A stretch of DNA of 24,751 nucleotides from a virus: IMG/VR virus record IMGVR_UViG_3300043775_000777, positions 90,683 to 115,433 of that record, one strand, 5' to 3'. The position numbers and the translations under genes were made by a program. This document shows positions 1-8,556 of the stretch, piece by piece (the stretch's first letter is position 1; each line of letters begins with the position of its first letter). The notes under the pieces are model-generated. The model worked only from the letters and a program-made list of their open reading frames with translations, was not told where the DNA came from and searched no databases.

Positions 1-630
1 GTATACAACAAAAATAACTTTACACTTGATTTGTTCCGTGGAGAGATCTACAACTTCTTCAATGGTAAGGTTGAGTTCCAAGGTCCAGATCCAAAACGTT
101 CACTAGTTGTACAAACAGGTATGGGTGGAATGAGAATGGTAAATGAAGCTATCAAGCGTGAAGCAGTATCTTCAGGTCTATTGATTCAGGCTGCTGATAT
201 CGGTGCAATCACTGGTAAAGGTATGGACTTGAACTTTGGATTTGCTTATACTTCATATGTAATTCCATTCTTGGCAAATGTTAAGTTTGTATTGAACCCA
301 GCATTTGACAATGTTCATACTAATGATATTGAGAACCCAATCATTGATGGTTTCCCATTATCTTCTTACTCATTCATTATCTTTGATATCACTGACAATA
401 CTAATGACAACATCTTCTTGTTGAAATTGTCTTGGGATAATCAATTGAAATGGTGGTATCAAAATGGTACTATGGACTACATGGGACGTACACAAGGATT
501 CCAGTCTTCTGGACAATTCAATGGGTACCGTGTTATGATGTCTCAAACAATGCCAGCTATCTGGGTTAAGGATCCTACTAAAGTCCTTAAGATTGTTATG
601 AGAAACCCAATCACTGGTGGATCATTCTAA
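1..630 (+). CDS. Major capsid protein, C-terminal part (5'-truncated), crAss-like
   Basis: Frame is open from base 1 (VYNKNNFTLDLFRGEIY...), so the TTG at 31 is not the real start. Motifs VVQTGMGGM, FGFAYTSY, NPAFDN and AIWVKDPTK resemble crAss-like MCP C-termini. Followed by a strong terminator and crAss-like synteny. Confidence 0.75.
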   Translation, partial: VYNKNNFTLDLFRGEIYNFFNGKVEFQGPDPKRSLVVQTGMGGMRMVNEAIKREAVSSGLLIQAADIGAITGKGMDLNFGFAYTSYVIPFLANVKFVLNPAFDNVHTNDIENPIIDGFPLSSYSFIIFDITDNTNDNIFLLKLSWDNQLKWWYQNGTMDYMGRTQGFQSSGQFNGYRVMMSQTMPAIWVKDPTKVLKIVMRNPITGGSF

Positions 631-651
631 CCAGGACACTATAAAAAAAAC

Positions 652-677
652 GGGAGGGGGAAACTCCTCCCTTTTTT
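652..677 (+). terminator. Intrinsic terminator after the capsid gene (possibly bidirectional)
   Basis: GGGAGGGG-GAAA-CTCCTCCC stem-loop followed by T6; A8 tract upstream at 643-650. Confidence 0.9.
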
Positions 678-723
678 AATTAAAAAGTATTAAATTTAAC
701 CAACAAAATAAAAACCAACAACA

Positions 724-1740
724 ATGGAAAATTTCACAATGGTTGAGACCGGTAAGGGCTCAGTAAGAAAAACGGCTATTGCAGTCCGTCCGTTCTTTGA
801 CAGTAGATCTTCTAACATGGGATTAGAAGAATATGGTATGACTCTATTTGATGGAGTTACACATACAGAGCAACTTGCTTGCTTAGAAAACAATGGTGTG
901 ACCAGGTATATTACCGGTCTTAATGAATATGCACCAGAGATAAAACTATTAGATCCTGATACAAGGGACTCTAAAGTAAGAGCAATCAGAGAAGCTGTAG
1001 CTGAACTTGAAAAAGAATTAGCTGCAAATGTTATTGAACCAGATGATAAAGATTTTTGGAATAAAGTAAAATTGCTTTCTCCAAGTAATACAGACTTCTG
1101 GAATAAGATTACATTAGCATGTGGTAATGATCCGCTATACTTGGATCCAAAAGATCCATTTGATAGAATCAAACTTTATGCTATTGAAGCCGGTGGCTTT
1201 TCAATTGTAGCAAAAAGTTTTGATGATGCTAGATCAAAACCAGTACCGCCAAAGTTTTATCTTGATAAAGAAGAAGAAACTGTAATGGTAAGAACTGAAT
1301 ACAAGAAGTTGCGTAACAAAGCACTTTCTGAACTTCAGAAACTATTTGACAAAAACAGTACTAAGTTATTCTACATTGCTAAAGTTGTAGATATCAATAG
1401 TACACAATATAGAAAGTCTACACCAAATGATGTTATATATGAGAATATGGACTTATACATCAATGGTGAAGGTGGAGAAACCAACAAAGAAAGAGCTGCC
1501 AAATCATTTATGGAAGCAGCAAATATGGACATGGAAACACTAAAAATTAAATCAATTGTACGTGATTCCAGTTTTTTTAAGTATATTATAAGTAAGCCAG
1601 ATGGTTATTTATATCATAATAAGTCTAGTAGCTTATTAGGTAGAAATGTATCAGATGTTATTGAGTACTTGAAGAACCCTCTAAATGAGGATATTTTAAA
1701 GGATCTCAATGCTGCTTGTGAGAAGTATTGGAACTCTTAA
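724..1740 (+). CDS. Conserved crAss-like protein encoded directly after the MCP (function unknown)
   Basis: 338-aa ORF with A/C-rich leader. Motifs DFWN..., LYLDPKDPFD and C-terminal LLGRNVSDVIEYLKNPLNEDIL recall the gene following MCP in crAss-like phages. Confidence 0.6.
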   Translation: MENFTMVETGKGSVRKTAIAVRPFFDSRSSNMGLEEYGMTLFDGVTHTEQLACLENNGVTRYITGLNEYAPEIKLLDPDTRDSKVRAIREAVAELEKELAANVIEPDDKDFWNKVKLLSPSNTDFWNKITLACGNDPLYLDPKDPFDRIKLYAIEAGGFSIVAKSFDDARSKPVPPKFYLDKEEETVMVRTEYKKLRNKALSELQKLFDKNSTKLFYIAKVVDINSTQYRKSTPNDVIYENMDLYINGEGGETNKERAAKSFMEAANMDMETLKIKSIVRDSSFFKYIISKPDGYLYHNKSSSLLGRNVSDVIEYLKNPLNEDILKDLNAACEKYWNS

Positions 1741-1752
1741 ATTTAAAATAAA

Positions 1753-3456
1753 ATGGCAAATAAAAAAACTACTACTGACAAGTCTAAGGCAAAGTCTGGT
1801 AGTAAATCTAGTTCTACTATCAAACCGGTTAGTGGTAAGATAGTTCCTGTTAGTGGTAAGATACAACCAGTTAGTTATAGACCGGTAGGTTCATCTGTAA
1901 AGAAATCTACTAGTAGTAAACCTTCTAGTAGTAAGACTTCTACATCTAAAAGTACTCCATCTAAAAGTAAATCAACTGTTGTAAAACCTGATTCAAAAGG
2001 AGTAGTAAGAGTAAATGATATAAATAAAGGAGATTATACTATTAACCTTAACAGTTATAGTAAAAAAACAACTAAGTCTAAAGCTCCGGTTAAAAAATCT
2101 GGTGTTGCGAATGCTGCAAAAACTCCAGTTAAATCAACTGCTTCAAAACCTAAAACAACTCCTAAAAAATCTAGTTCTCCTAAATATGTAGAGCCAGGTA
2201 CTAAAGCATTCTGGGCAATGACTCCAGACCAAAGAAATGCTAACACTATGCTTAATATAAAAGAAAGCATTGCAGGAGGTCCTAAAAAATCTACATCTAA
2301 AACTGCAGGCTCGGCTGTTAAAACAGCTGCTAAATCAGCTGCTGACACAGTAAAAGGTGTAACAGGTGGTTTGCAAAAAATAAAAGATACTAAAAAACAA
2401 GAAACACCTACACCTAGAATAGCTAAAGCTCCAGAAAAGAAGTCTTCAGTTAGTGGTAAAAATGTTACTTCAAAACAAGGAGCAGCAAAAATCAAAGGTA
2501 TTGTAGAAGGTTTGGAAAGACCAACTGCAAAAAAGACACCTACTAAAGCAAAACCAGTAGCACCTAAAATGGCTACAACTATTGGTTCTGCAAAAGTTTC
2601 TGTACCTTCTAAAGGTAAAGTTAAAATAGAACCAAACTTAGGTAAGCCAAAATCATTTACACCACCTAAGACTGAGACTAAACCTAAAGTACAAACTGCA
2701 CCAAAACCAGAACCAAAACCTGAACTAATCAGAATGGAAATGATTCCATTGGCAACAGTAGCTAAACAACTTCAAGATTCTCAGCGTGCAAAACTTCCTT
2801 CAACTATTGAAATTCCTAAGTCTGTAGCAACAACTGCTAAAACTCCTGCACCAGCAGAAGAGAAAAAAGGTTTGTTTGCAAGAATGAAAGAGAGAAGAGA
2901 AGAAAGAAGAGCTGAGAGAAAAGCTGAGAAAGAAGCTGAAAAAAATTCAACAGCAAAAATGAAAAGAGGTGGGATGGTAAAGTATGATGCAGGTGGTTCA
3001 ACATCTGCTGTTAAACCTAAAGGTAAACCTTATACATCTTTGTCTAAAGGTAATCCTAATTTAAAGCCTATGCCTAAACCTATGCCTAAACCAGGAGAAA
3101 AACCAATACCTGCAAAAACAGGTGCTAAAGGAACTGGTACATATTATGGACCAGGACCAAAACCTTTAGCAGGTGGTAATAAAAAGATTGTGATTAAAGT
3201 TGGCAGTTCAAATAAAACCCGTTCAACCCCTGTTACTAAAAAAACAACTAGTGCTGTTAAAAAACCAGCAAAATCTAAATTGCAATCTGATGAAAAAATA
3301 ATGGATAAAGCTAGATATATTTCACAAGGAATTAAAGATGTATATAATTCACAAGTTGAAGGTATAAAAAAGTCTCCAGGATATAAAGCATATAAATATG
3401 TTAAAAATGCAATGGGTTATAAAAAAGGTGGTTCTATTAAAAAATCTAAAAAATAA
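1753..3456 (+). CDS. Large Lys/Ser/Pro/Thr-rich low-complexity basic protein (histone H1-like composition), putative internal virion protein
   Basis: 567 aa, dominated by K/S/T/P/A, no Cys. Contains MKRGG, YDAGG and terminal YKKGG motifs. Confidence 0.7.
   Translation: MANKKTTTDKSKAKSGSKSSSTIKPVSGKIVPVSGKIQPVSYRPVGSSVKKSTSSKPSSSKTSTSKSTPSKSKSTVVKPDSKGVVRVNDINKGDYTINLNSYSKKTTKSKAPVKKSGVANAAKTPVKSTASKPKTTPKKSSSPKYVEPGTKAFWAMTPDQRNANTMLNIKESIAGGPKKSTSKTAGSAVKTAAKSAADTVKGVTGGLQKIKDTKKQETPTPRIAKAPEKKSSVSGKNVTSKQGAAKIKGIVEGLERPTAKKTPTKAKPVAPKMATTIGSAKVSVPSKGKVKIEPNLGKPKSFTPPKTETKPKVQTAPKPEPKPELIRMEMIPLATVAKQLQDSQRAKLPSTIEIPKSVATTAKTPAPAEEKKGLFARMKERREERRAERKAEKEAEKNSTAKMKRGGMVKYDAGGSTSAVKPKGKPYTSLSKGNPNLKPMPKPMPKPGEKPIPAKTGAKGTGTYYGPGPKPLAGGNKKIVIKVGSSNKTRSTPVTKKTTSAVKKPAKSKLQSDEKIMDKARYISQGIKDVYNSQVEGIKKSPGYKAYKYVKNAMGYKKGGSIKKSKK
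1825..1875 (+). repeat. 21-bp imperfect in-frame tandem repeat (PVSGKI-V/Q)
   Basis: ccggttagtggtaagatagtt / cctgttagtggtaagatacaa / ccagttagt. Confidence 0.75.
3067..3090 (+). repeat. 12-bp tandem duplication (PMPK x2)
   Basis: cctatgcctaaa occurs twice in tandem. Confidence 0.8.
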
Positions 3457-3462
3457 ATAATT

Positions 3463-3648
3463 ATGGCAGCTTACACAACGGGTAAAATGAATAACCCAAA
3501 TACAAAAGTACAAGCAGGTAAAAAAGCAGGTTCTAAAGGTGTTAAATCTGGAGTAAATCTTAAAGCTACTGCAGCTAAGAAAGCTACAGGTAAATCTTCA
3601 GGGAAAGTTAACACCCCTCCTAAGAAAGCTAATCCTGGTAGAAATTAA
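3463..3648 (+). CDS. Small basic Lys/Ala/Gly-rich protein
   Basis: 61 aa with no acidic residues; tightly spaced within the operon. Confidence 0.7.
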   Translation: MAAYTTGKMNNPNTKVQAGKKAGSKGVKSGVNLKATAAKKATGKSSGKVNTPPKKANPGRN

Positions 3649-3651
3649 GTC

Positions 3652-3990
3652 ATGCCAAAAGATTCTTGCTATCATAGTGTAAAAGCACGGTATGCCGTGT
3701 TTCCTTCAGCTAGGGCTTCTCAAGCTATTGCCAAATGCCGTAAAGGTAAAGGTCAAGTAAGAAAGACTACTAAAGGCACTGAACTAAAAAGATGGCAAGC
3801 AGAGAAATGGCAAGATACAAAATCTGGAAAACCTTGTGGAGCCGGTGGTAAAAATGAATACTGCCGGCCTACAAGAAAAGTATCTAAGGATACACCAAAG
3901 ACTAAGTATGAACTAACTCCTTCTAAACTAGCTGCTAAGAAAGCTGAGAAATCTAGAGTAGGTATGGGAAGAAGAGTTAAAAAAGCATAA
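3652..3990 (+). CDS. Basic viral protein, DUF5872-like (recalled)
   Basis: Motifs Y.VFPSA.AS.AI.KCR, LKRW..EKW.D...GKPCG and YCRP..KVS..TPKT..EL match a widespread viral family as I recall it; the Pfam number is unverified. Confidence 0.65.
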   Translation: MPKDSCYHSVKARYAVFPSARASQAIAKCRKGKGQVRKTTKGTELKRWQAEKWQDTKSGKPCGAGGKNEYCRPTRKVSKDTPKTKYELTPSKLAAKKAEKSRVGMGRRVKKA

Positions 3991-3992
3991 CC

Positions 3993-4343
3993 ATGGCAAA
4001 AAGTAGAGCACAACAAGCAGCAATAGCTATCTCTATGAAGAAAGCTGGTAAAACTCCTAAGATGAAATCTGGTGGATCTACTCCCGCATGGACTAGATCA
4101 GAAGGAAAAAATAAGACAGGTGGTCTTAATGCTAAAGGAGTAGCAAGTTATAGAGCAGCTAATCCTGGTAGTAAACTTCAGACAGCTGTTACTACTAAAC
4201 CTTCTAAGTTAAAACCTGGAAGTAAAGATGCTAAGAGACGTAAGAGTTTCTGTGCTAGAATGTCTGGGATGCCTGGACCTATGAAAGATGAAAAAGGAAG
4301 ACCTACAAGAAAAGCTCTTTCTTTAAGAAAGTGGAACTGTTAA
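3993..4343 (+). CDS. Basic phage protein, DUF6321-like (recalled)
   Basis: AWTRSEGK...GGLNAKG.ASY...NPGSKL...RRKSFCARM.GM.GPMKDEKGRPTRKALSLRKWNC, a motif common in aquatic phages, preceded by a leader ending MKSGG. Pfam number unverified. Confidence 0.7.
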   Translation: MAKSRAQQAAIAISMKKAGKTPKMKSGGSTPAWTRSEGKNKTGGLNAKGVASYRAANPGSKLQTAVTTKPSKLKPGSKDAKRRKSFCARMSGMPGPMKDEKGRPTRKALSLRKWNC

Positions 4344-4355
4344 ATTATATATAAA

Positions 4356-4781
4356 ATGAAAACTTGTAAAACTGGATGCGGCAAAATGAAAGCCGGAGGA
4401 TCTGTAAAGAAAGTAAAAAAAATGGCTACTGGTGGTCAAGCTCTAAATAAAGCTAAAGGATTTGCTCCTGCACAAAAAGGAGGCAGCAATGTATCTAAAC
4501 AAATATATGGTATTCCAAATGCCGGAACTACGGGACCAAATAGAACTGCCGGATATGACTACAAAAAAGGTGGTGCTACAACATCACGTGCAGTAAGGGA
4601 ATCATGTAAAAATAGCATGGTTAGAGATTTTGATGGTAAATGTGTTACTGAACGTAAAATGCAAACAGGTGGTTCATTAAAACCAGTAAACAAAATACAA
4701 AATCCTGGACTTGCTAAACTACCTACTGCTGTTAGAAACAAAATGGGCTACATGAAAAAAGGTGGTGTTAAAAAGAAATAA
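4356..4781 (+). CDS. Basic protein built from six xxxGG-delimited segments
   Basis: 141 aa containing MKAGG, MATGG, AQKGG, YKKGG, MQTGG and MKKGG. Confidence 0.7.
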   Translation: MKTCKTGCGKMKAGGSVKKVKKMATGGQALNKAKGFAPAQKGGSNVSKQIYGIPNAGTTGPNRTAGYDYKKGGATTSRAVRESCKNSMVRDFDGKCVTERKMQTGGSLKPVNKIQNPGLAKLPTAVRNKMGYMKKGGVKKK

Positions 4782-4783
4782 TC

Positions 4784-5152
4784 ATGGCAACTAAGAAACC
4801 TAAAAATCCAAAAGAAGCCAAGTTAAAGTATTATTCTCCAGATGGTAATTATAAAACTAAAATTACCAAAAAGTATGGTGAAGATGAAAAAGTTAAAGAA
4901 ACAAGAACTTTAAAAGGAGTTCTTCGGGGAGTTAACAAACCATCTGTTATAAAAGAAGAACCTAAAGCAGAACCTAAATTATATCAGGCAAAAAAAGGAG
5001 GGGCTACTGATAAGAAATGGATACAGAAAGCTACAGCTTCTATAAAGAGAAGAGGTACTGAAGGTAAATGTACTCCTATAACTAAACCAGGTTGTACAGG
5101 TAGAGCTAAAGCTCTTGCTAAGACATTTAAGAAAATGGCTAAAAATAGATAA
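4784..5152 (+). CDS. Basic protein with C-terminal KKWIQKA...RAKALAKTFKKM module
   Basis: 122 aa, Lys-rich; AKKGG precedes a small WIQ...LA.T(F/L)KKM module recalled from other phage basic proteins. Confidence 0.7.
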   Translation: MATKKPKNPKEAKLKYYSPDGNYKTKITKKYGEDEKVKETRTLKGVLRGVNKPSVIKEEPKAEPKLYQAKKGGATDKKWIQKATASIKRRGTEGKCTPITKPGCTGRAKALAKTFKKMAKNR

Positions 5153-5154
5153 TC

Positions 5155-5619
5155 ATGAAAAAGACTAATAAAGAAAACCCAGTTACATTCTTTAGAAAAG
5201 CTAATGAAGCTAGACAAGCTTCAGTAAAAAAGTCTATTAAGAAAGCTCAAGATGGTATTGAGACAAATGATGATCTTATTAATAAAGCTGGGTCTACGGG
5301 TGGTTATAAAAAGTCAATGGAAAAATATTATCCATGGGAAGCACCTGTTAAACTTAAGAGTCCTGTTAATGAAAAAACACCTTGGATGAAACCTACCAGA
5401 GAATATGCTGATCCTAGAATGGACCCTAATTATAACCTAAATCCTCCAGCTTCTTCAAACTTTAGAGGGCCTCAGGCTCTTAATGCAAGAAGTGCTTCAC
5501 TTCAAGGTCAAGGAATGAGAGGAACTGCTGATACTATCTCAAAAGTTCAAAATACATATTCTCCACAAATTATTAATAAACAAAAAAGAGGAGGCTCTGT
5601 AAAAACCAAAAAGAAATAA
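5155..5619 (+). CDS. Basic hypothetical protein
   Basis: 154 aa; AQDG near the N-terminus and terminal QKRGGSVKTKKK. Confidence 0.7.
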   Translation: MKKTNKENPVTFFRKANEARQASVKKSIKKAQDGIETNDDLINKAGSTGGYKKSMEKYYPWEAPVKLKSPVNEKTPWMKPTREYADPRMDPNYNLNPPASSNFRGPQALNARSASLQGQGMRGTADTISKVQNTYSPQIINKQKRGGSVKTKKK

Positions 5620-5622
5620 GAC

Positions 5623-6321
5623 ATGCTTAATAGTACTATTACCATAAAAGTTAAAGAAAGGATCAACAAGCTTGACAGTAATGACTATGATAACATAGAA
5701 TGCTGGCAGATTGTTGAGGCTTTCAATAAGGCTCAGGTTGAATGGGCTAGAAGACAGCTGCATGGTATTAACCAGGTAAGAGAAGGTGATGAGCAATCCA
5801 CCCGTAGAAAAGATGACTTACAAATCTTACTAACTACAGAGACTTTACCTACAGTAGATAAGCAGTATTACTTTAAGGGTGCTATTCCAGAGGATTACTT
5901 ACAATGGAAAAGAGTAGATGTATTTGCTCAGAAAGACTGTTGTAATAAAAGAAGAATGACTGTATACTTAGCAGAGGAAGGAAACCTTAATCAACTTCTC
6001 AGAGATAAAGCTAAACAACCTAACTTTGAATGGGCAGAAACATTTGCTACTCTTAAGGGTGGTGATGTAAATGTATATACAGATGGAGTGTTTAATATAC
6101 AAACCATGGATCTTATATATTACAGACAACCTATTAAGATACAAGTGCAGGGATGTGTTGATCCTTATACAGGTGTTGCATCAGCAGCAAATGTAGAATG
6201 TGAGTTTAAAGATGATATAATAGAATTAATAATTGATGAGGCTGTAAGTATTATAGCTGGAGATATTGAGTCTGGAAACCAATTCTCTAGAGGTACTGAT
6301 ACAGCTGAACGTAACAACTAA
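5623..6321 (+). CDS. Head-tail ring/adaptor protein (crAss-like ring family)
   Basis: Motifs NKLDSN, FNKAQ, EGDEQSTRRKDDLQIL, YYRQP and ECEF.DDIIELIID.AV resemble crAss-like ring proteins encoded downstream of MCP. Confidence 0.65.
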   Translation: MLNSTITIKVKERINKLDSNDYDNIECWQIVEAFNKAQVEWARRQLHGINQVREGDEQSTRRKDDLQILLTTETLPTVDKQYYFKGAIPEDYLQWKRVDVFAQKDCCNKRRMTVYLAEEGNLNQLLRDKAKQPNFEWAETFATLKGGDVNVYTDGVFNIQTMDLIYYRQPIKIQVQGCVDPYTGVASAANVECEFKDDIIELIIDEAVSIIAGDIESGNQFSRGTDTAERNN

Positions 6322-6326
6322 AAATA

Positions 6327-6827
6327 ATGGCAACAAGAATGTTAAAAAGACCAGATGCTGGAAGTAAACCACAAGTGACAGTAACTCAACCTAAGAGTGA
6401 ATCACCTAAAGCAGAACCAACTCCGGATACAGGAGTAGGTGGTAGCTCATTAGATACAATGGTAGCAGCTTGTGCTTCTGAACTTATGAGTGCAAGAAAT
6501 GTCTTTCATAAGCTACATCTAAAAGTTACAGGACCTGGATCTTATGCAGCACATGTAGCTATTGGAGATTTCTATGATGGTTTACCTGGACATGCTGATA
6601 CATTAGTAGAAGGATATCAAGGAGCTGCAGAAAAAATATTAACTCTAAAAGATGTTGCTCCAAGAACATTAGATGATGTAGCTGATGGTGTTGCTTACCT
6701 TAGAGAAATTTCCGGAATGATTACAAAACTTCAAGGAATGTTACCATATTCTGAAATAGTAAACAACTTAGATTTAGTTAAAGATTCTATTAACTCTACT
6801 AAGTATAAGTTACTTTTCTTGAAATAA
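6327..6827 (+). CDS. Dps/ferritin-like four-helix-bundle protein (DUF5856-like)
   Basis: HKLHLKVTG..SYAAHVAIGDFYDGL...ADTLVEGYQG and terminal TKYKLLFL echo the Dps H-(W/L)...H...Y...D..AE metal-ligand pattern; N-terminal ~40 aa looks disordered. Confidence 0.75.
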   Translation: MATRMLKRPDAGSKPQVTVTQPKSESPKAEPTPDTGVGGSSLDTMVAACASELMSARNVFHKLHLKVTGPGSYAAHVAIGDFYDGLPGHADTLVEGYQGAAEKILTLKDVAPRTLDDVADGVAYLREISGMITKLQGMLPYSEIVNNLDLVKDSINSTKYKLLFLK

Positions 6828-6860
6828 TTTGGTTATTTAAAAAAAGTTTAGTATATTATA
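6828..6860 (+). promoter_or_regulatory. Putative promoter TTTG-N20-TATATTAT
   Basis: TTTG at 6828-6831 and TAGTATATTATA at 6849-6860; same architecture at 11684 and 14208. Confidence 0.7.
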
Positions 6861-6892
6861 GTATATTTATTTATTAATTAAAACAAAAAACA

Positions 6893-8485
6893 ATGAGTTA
6901 TTTTAATCATGCTTTCCGAAAAACCTTTGTTGGTACAGTTGGGGGCTTTAACCCAAATGGATTAACAGGTAAACTTGGTACTCCAGGTAACACTTTACCA
7001 GGTGGAACATTTGCATTTGTAAATGCTAGAACTTGGGATATTCTTCCAACAACTTACACTGAAGGGTTAGGTTGTTGTAACCTTGTACTTGCTGCAGGTT
7101 CACTTTATCAATTTGATAAAATTGGACCTTTCCACGGAGGATACCGTGAGTCTAACAAGTCTAAGGAGATCAACCCTAAATATGTAAACCGTTTCTACCG
7201 TGTAGATCCATGTTTACCACAAAACAATGTAATCCATATTGGTAATACTGCATATACTAGTGATATTGCATTAGCATTAGCTATTACTAATGATGGTGTA
7301 GATTTAGTAAATGGTGTATATACAGATGTTCCGTTAGTGGATACTACTGCTCCAACAGGATCAGGATTAGTTGCTAATATTACTGTAGCAGGTAACAATG
7401 TAACATTTGTAGAAATTGTTAATGGCGGAACAGGATGGGTTACTGGTGATGTTGTTACAACTACTGTTGGTGAACCAATTCCATATACTGATGGTACAGG
7501 TACTCAACCTACATTTACTGTAACTGCAGGTGTTGGTGCTAACTGTTGTAAAAAATTCTATTGTGGTGAAACTTATACATTGCGTGTTGATGTTAAAGGT
7601 TCTCCTGCATTAAGATTACTTAACCACAACTCTTACATCATTGCTTCTGCATATGGTGGATGTTGTCCAGCAGGTGCAATTGCTCCAGTAGAAATTGATT
7701 CAACTTTAATCTTTATCCAATGGGCTGAGGCTATCACTAGATATCCTGTTATTTCTCCATTCATGCAGATAGCTGTTATTGACCAAGCTGGTACTCCTTG
7801 GTATGCACCAGGAACAGATCCTGCTTTCTTAGCTGCTGAAGATGTTGATACTTGGGATCATTATGTAACTCCAGGATATATTCTTAATGATTGTGCTGGT
7901 ATGGTTCTTAACGGAGCTTATGTAGATACTAAATTCCAAAACTGTACATTCCAAATCACTGACTTCTATGAAGTAGAGCCAGTAAGACTATATGCTTCTG
8001 AAGTAGACTTAAATGGTGATCCATGTTTGTTTAATGGAGTATGTGTTGTTACTGAGTGTGAAGGAAGACAAGCTATGGGATTAGGTGAATCAGTTGCACG
8101 TGATGTAATCTTATCTGAGCAATACAGACAAAACTTCTTCCACAGTGACTTCCGTATCCGTGAAATCACTCAAGGATATAGTGTGTTTGATTTCATCAAC
8201 CGTAACACTTTATATACAAGATACTTCTTGCAACATAATGTACCACGTTTCAATAACCCAACTAGCACATTTGACAATGATCAATACTTGTTAGAAGTTA
8301 TTACTTGTGGAAGAATTGTTGCATTTGAAAACTTTGTAAATAACTGGTTAGGTAACTGTTCTCAGTGTACAGGTCTTGAAGTTGAAGGTTGTGTTGAACC
8401 AGTTTGTGAGTCATTATATGACTTCCCAGCTATTACTACACCTAATTTTAGCCCAAGCACACCACAAATTTGTGGACTACCGTAA
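6893..8485 (+). CDS. Probable auxiliary capsid/structural protein with an inserted beta-rich decoration domain
   Basis: 530 aa with its own promoter and terminator. SKEINPKYV, GETYTLRV and GLGESVA recall crAss-like auxiliary capsid proteins; internal IVNGGTGW..GD segment. Confidence 0.5.
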   Translation: MSYFNHAFRKTFVGTVGGFNPNGLTGKLGTPGNTLPGGTFAFVNARTWDILPTTYTEGLGCCNLVLAAGSLYQFDKIGPFHGGYRESNKSKEINPKYVNRFYRVDPCLPQNNVIHIGNTAYTSDIALALAITNDGVDLVNGVYTDVPLVDTTAPTGSGLVANITVAGNNVTFVEIVNGGTGWVTGDVVTTTVGEPIPYTDGTGTQPTFTVTAGVGANCCKKFYCGETYTLRVDVKGSPALRLLNHNSYIIASAYGGCCPAGAIAPVEIDSTLIFIQWAEAITRYPVISPFMQIAVIDQAGTPWYAPGTDPAFLAAEDVDTWDHYVTPGYILNDCAGMVLNGAYVDTKFQNCTFQITDFYEVEPVRLYASEVDLNGDPCLFNGVCVVTECEGRQAMGLGESVARDVILSEQYRQNFFHSDFRIREITQGYSVFDFINRNTLYTRYFLQHNVPRFNNPTSTFDNDQYLLEVITCGRIVAFENFVNNWLGNCSQCTGLEVEGCVEPVCESLYDFPAITTPNFSPSTPQICGLP

Positions 8486-8510
8486 TATTTAGAATTAAAC
8501 TAAAAATAAT

Positions 8511-8545
8511 AAGGGGAGCTGAGTTTCAAACTCCTCCCCTTTTTT
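8511..8545 (+). terminator. Intrinsic terminator
   Basis: AGGGGAG(CT)GAGTTT-C-AAACTC-CTCCCCT hairpin followed by a T-run. Confidence 0.85.
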
Positions 8546-8556
8546 AATATATAATT

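Noticed and set aside
696-1172. Minus-strand ORF of 158 aa, and similar antisense ORFs at 2055, 3753, 4559, 4984, 5539, 7195, 7966, 9759, 14551, 18379, 19761, 22464 and 22860
   Set aside because: All overlap coherent + strand genes and show shadow-ORF composition (F/L/S/V-rich mirrors of K-rich codons) with no recognisable motifs.
1556-1590. Fourth promoter-like AAGTATATTATA inside ORF 724, upstream of the basic cluster
   Set aside because: Lacks the TTAG context, the nearest TTG is 23 nt rather than 20 nt away, and it is explained by the codons for KYII; at best a weak candidate.
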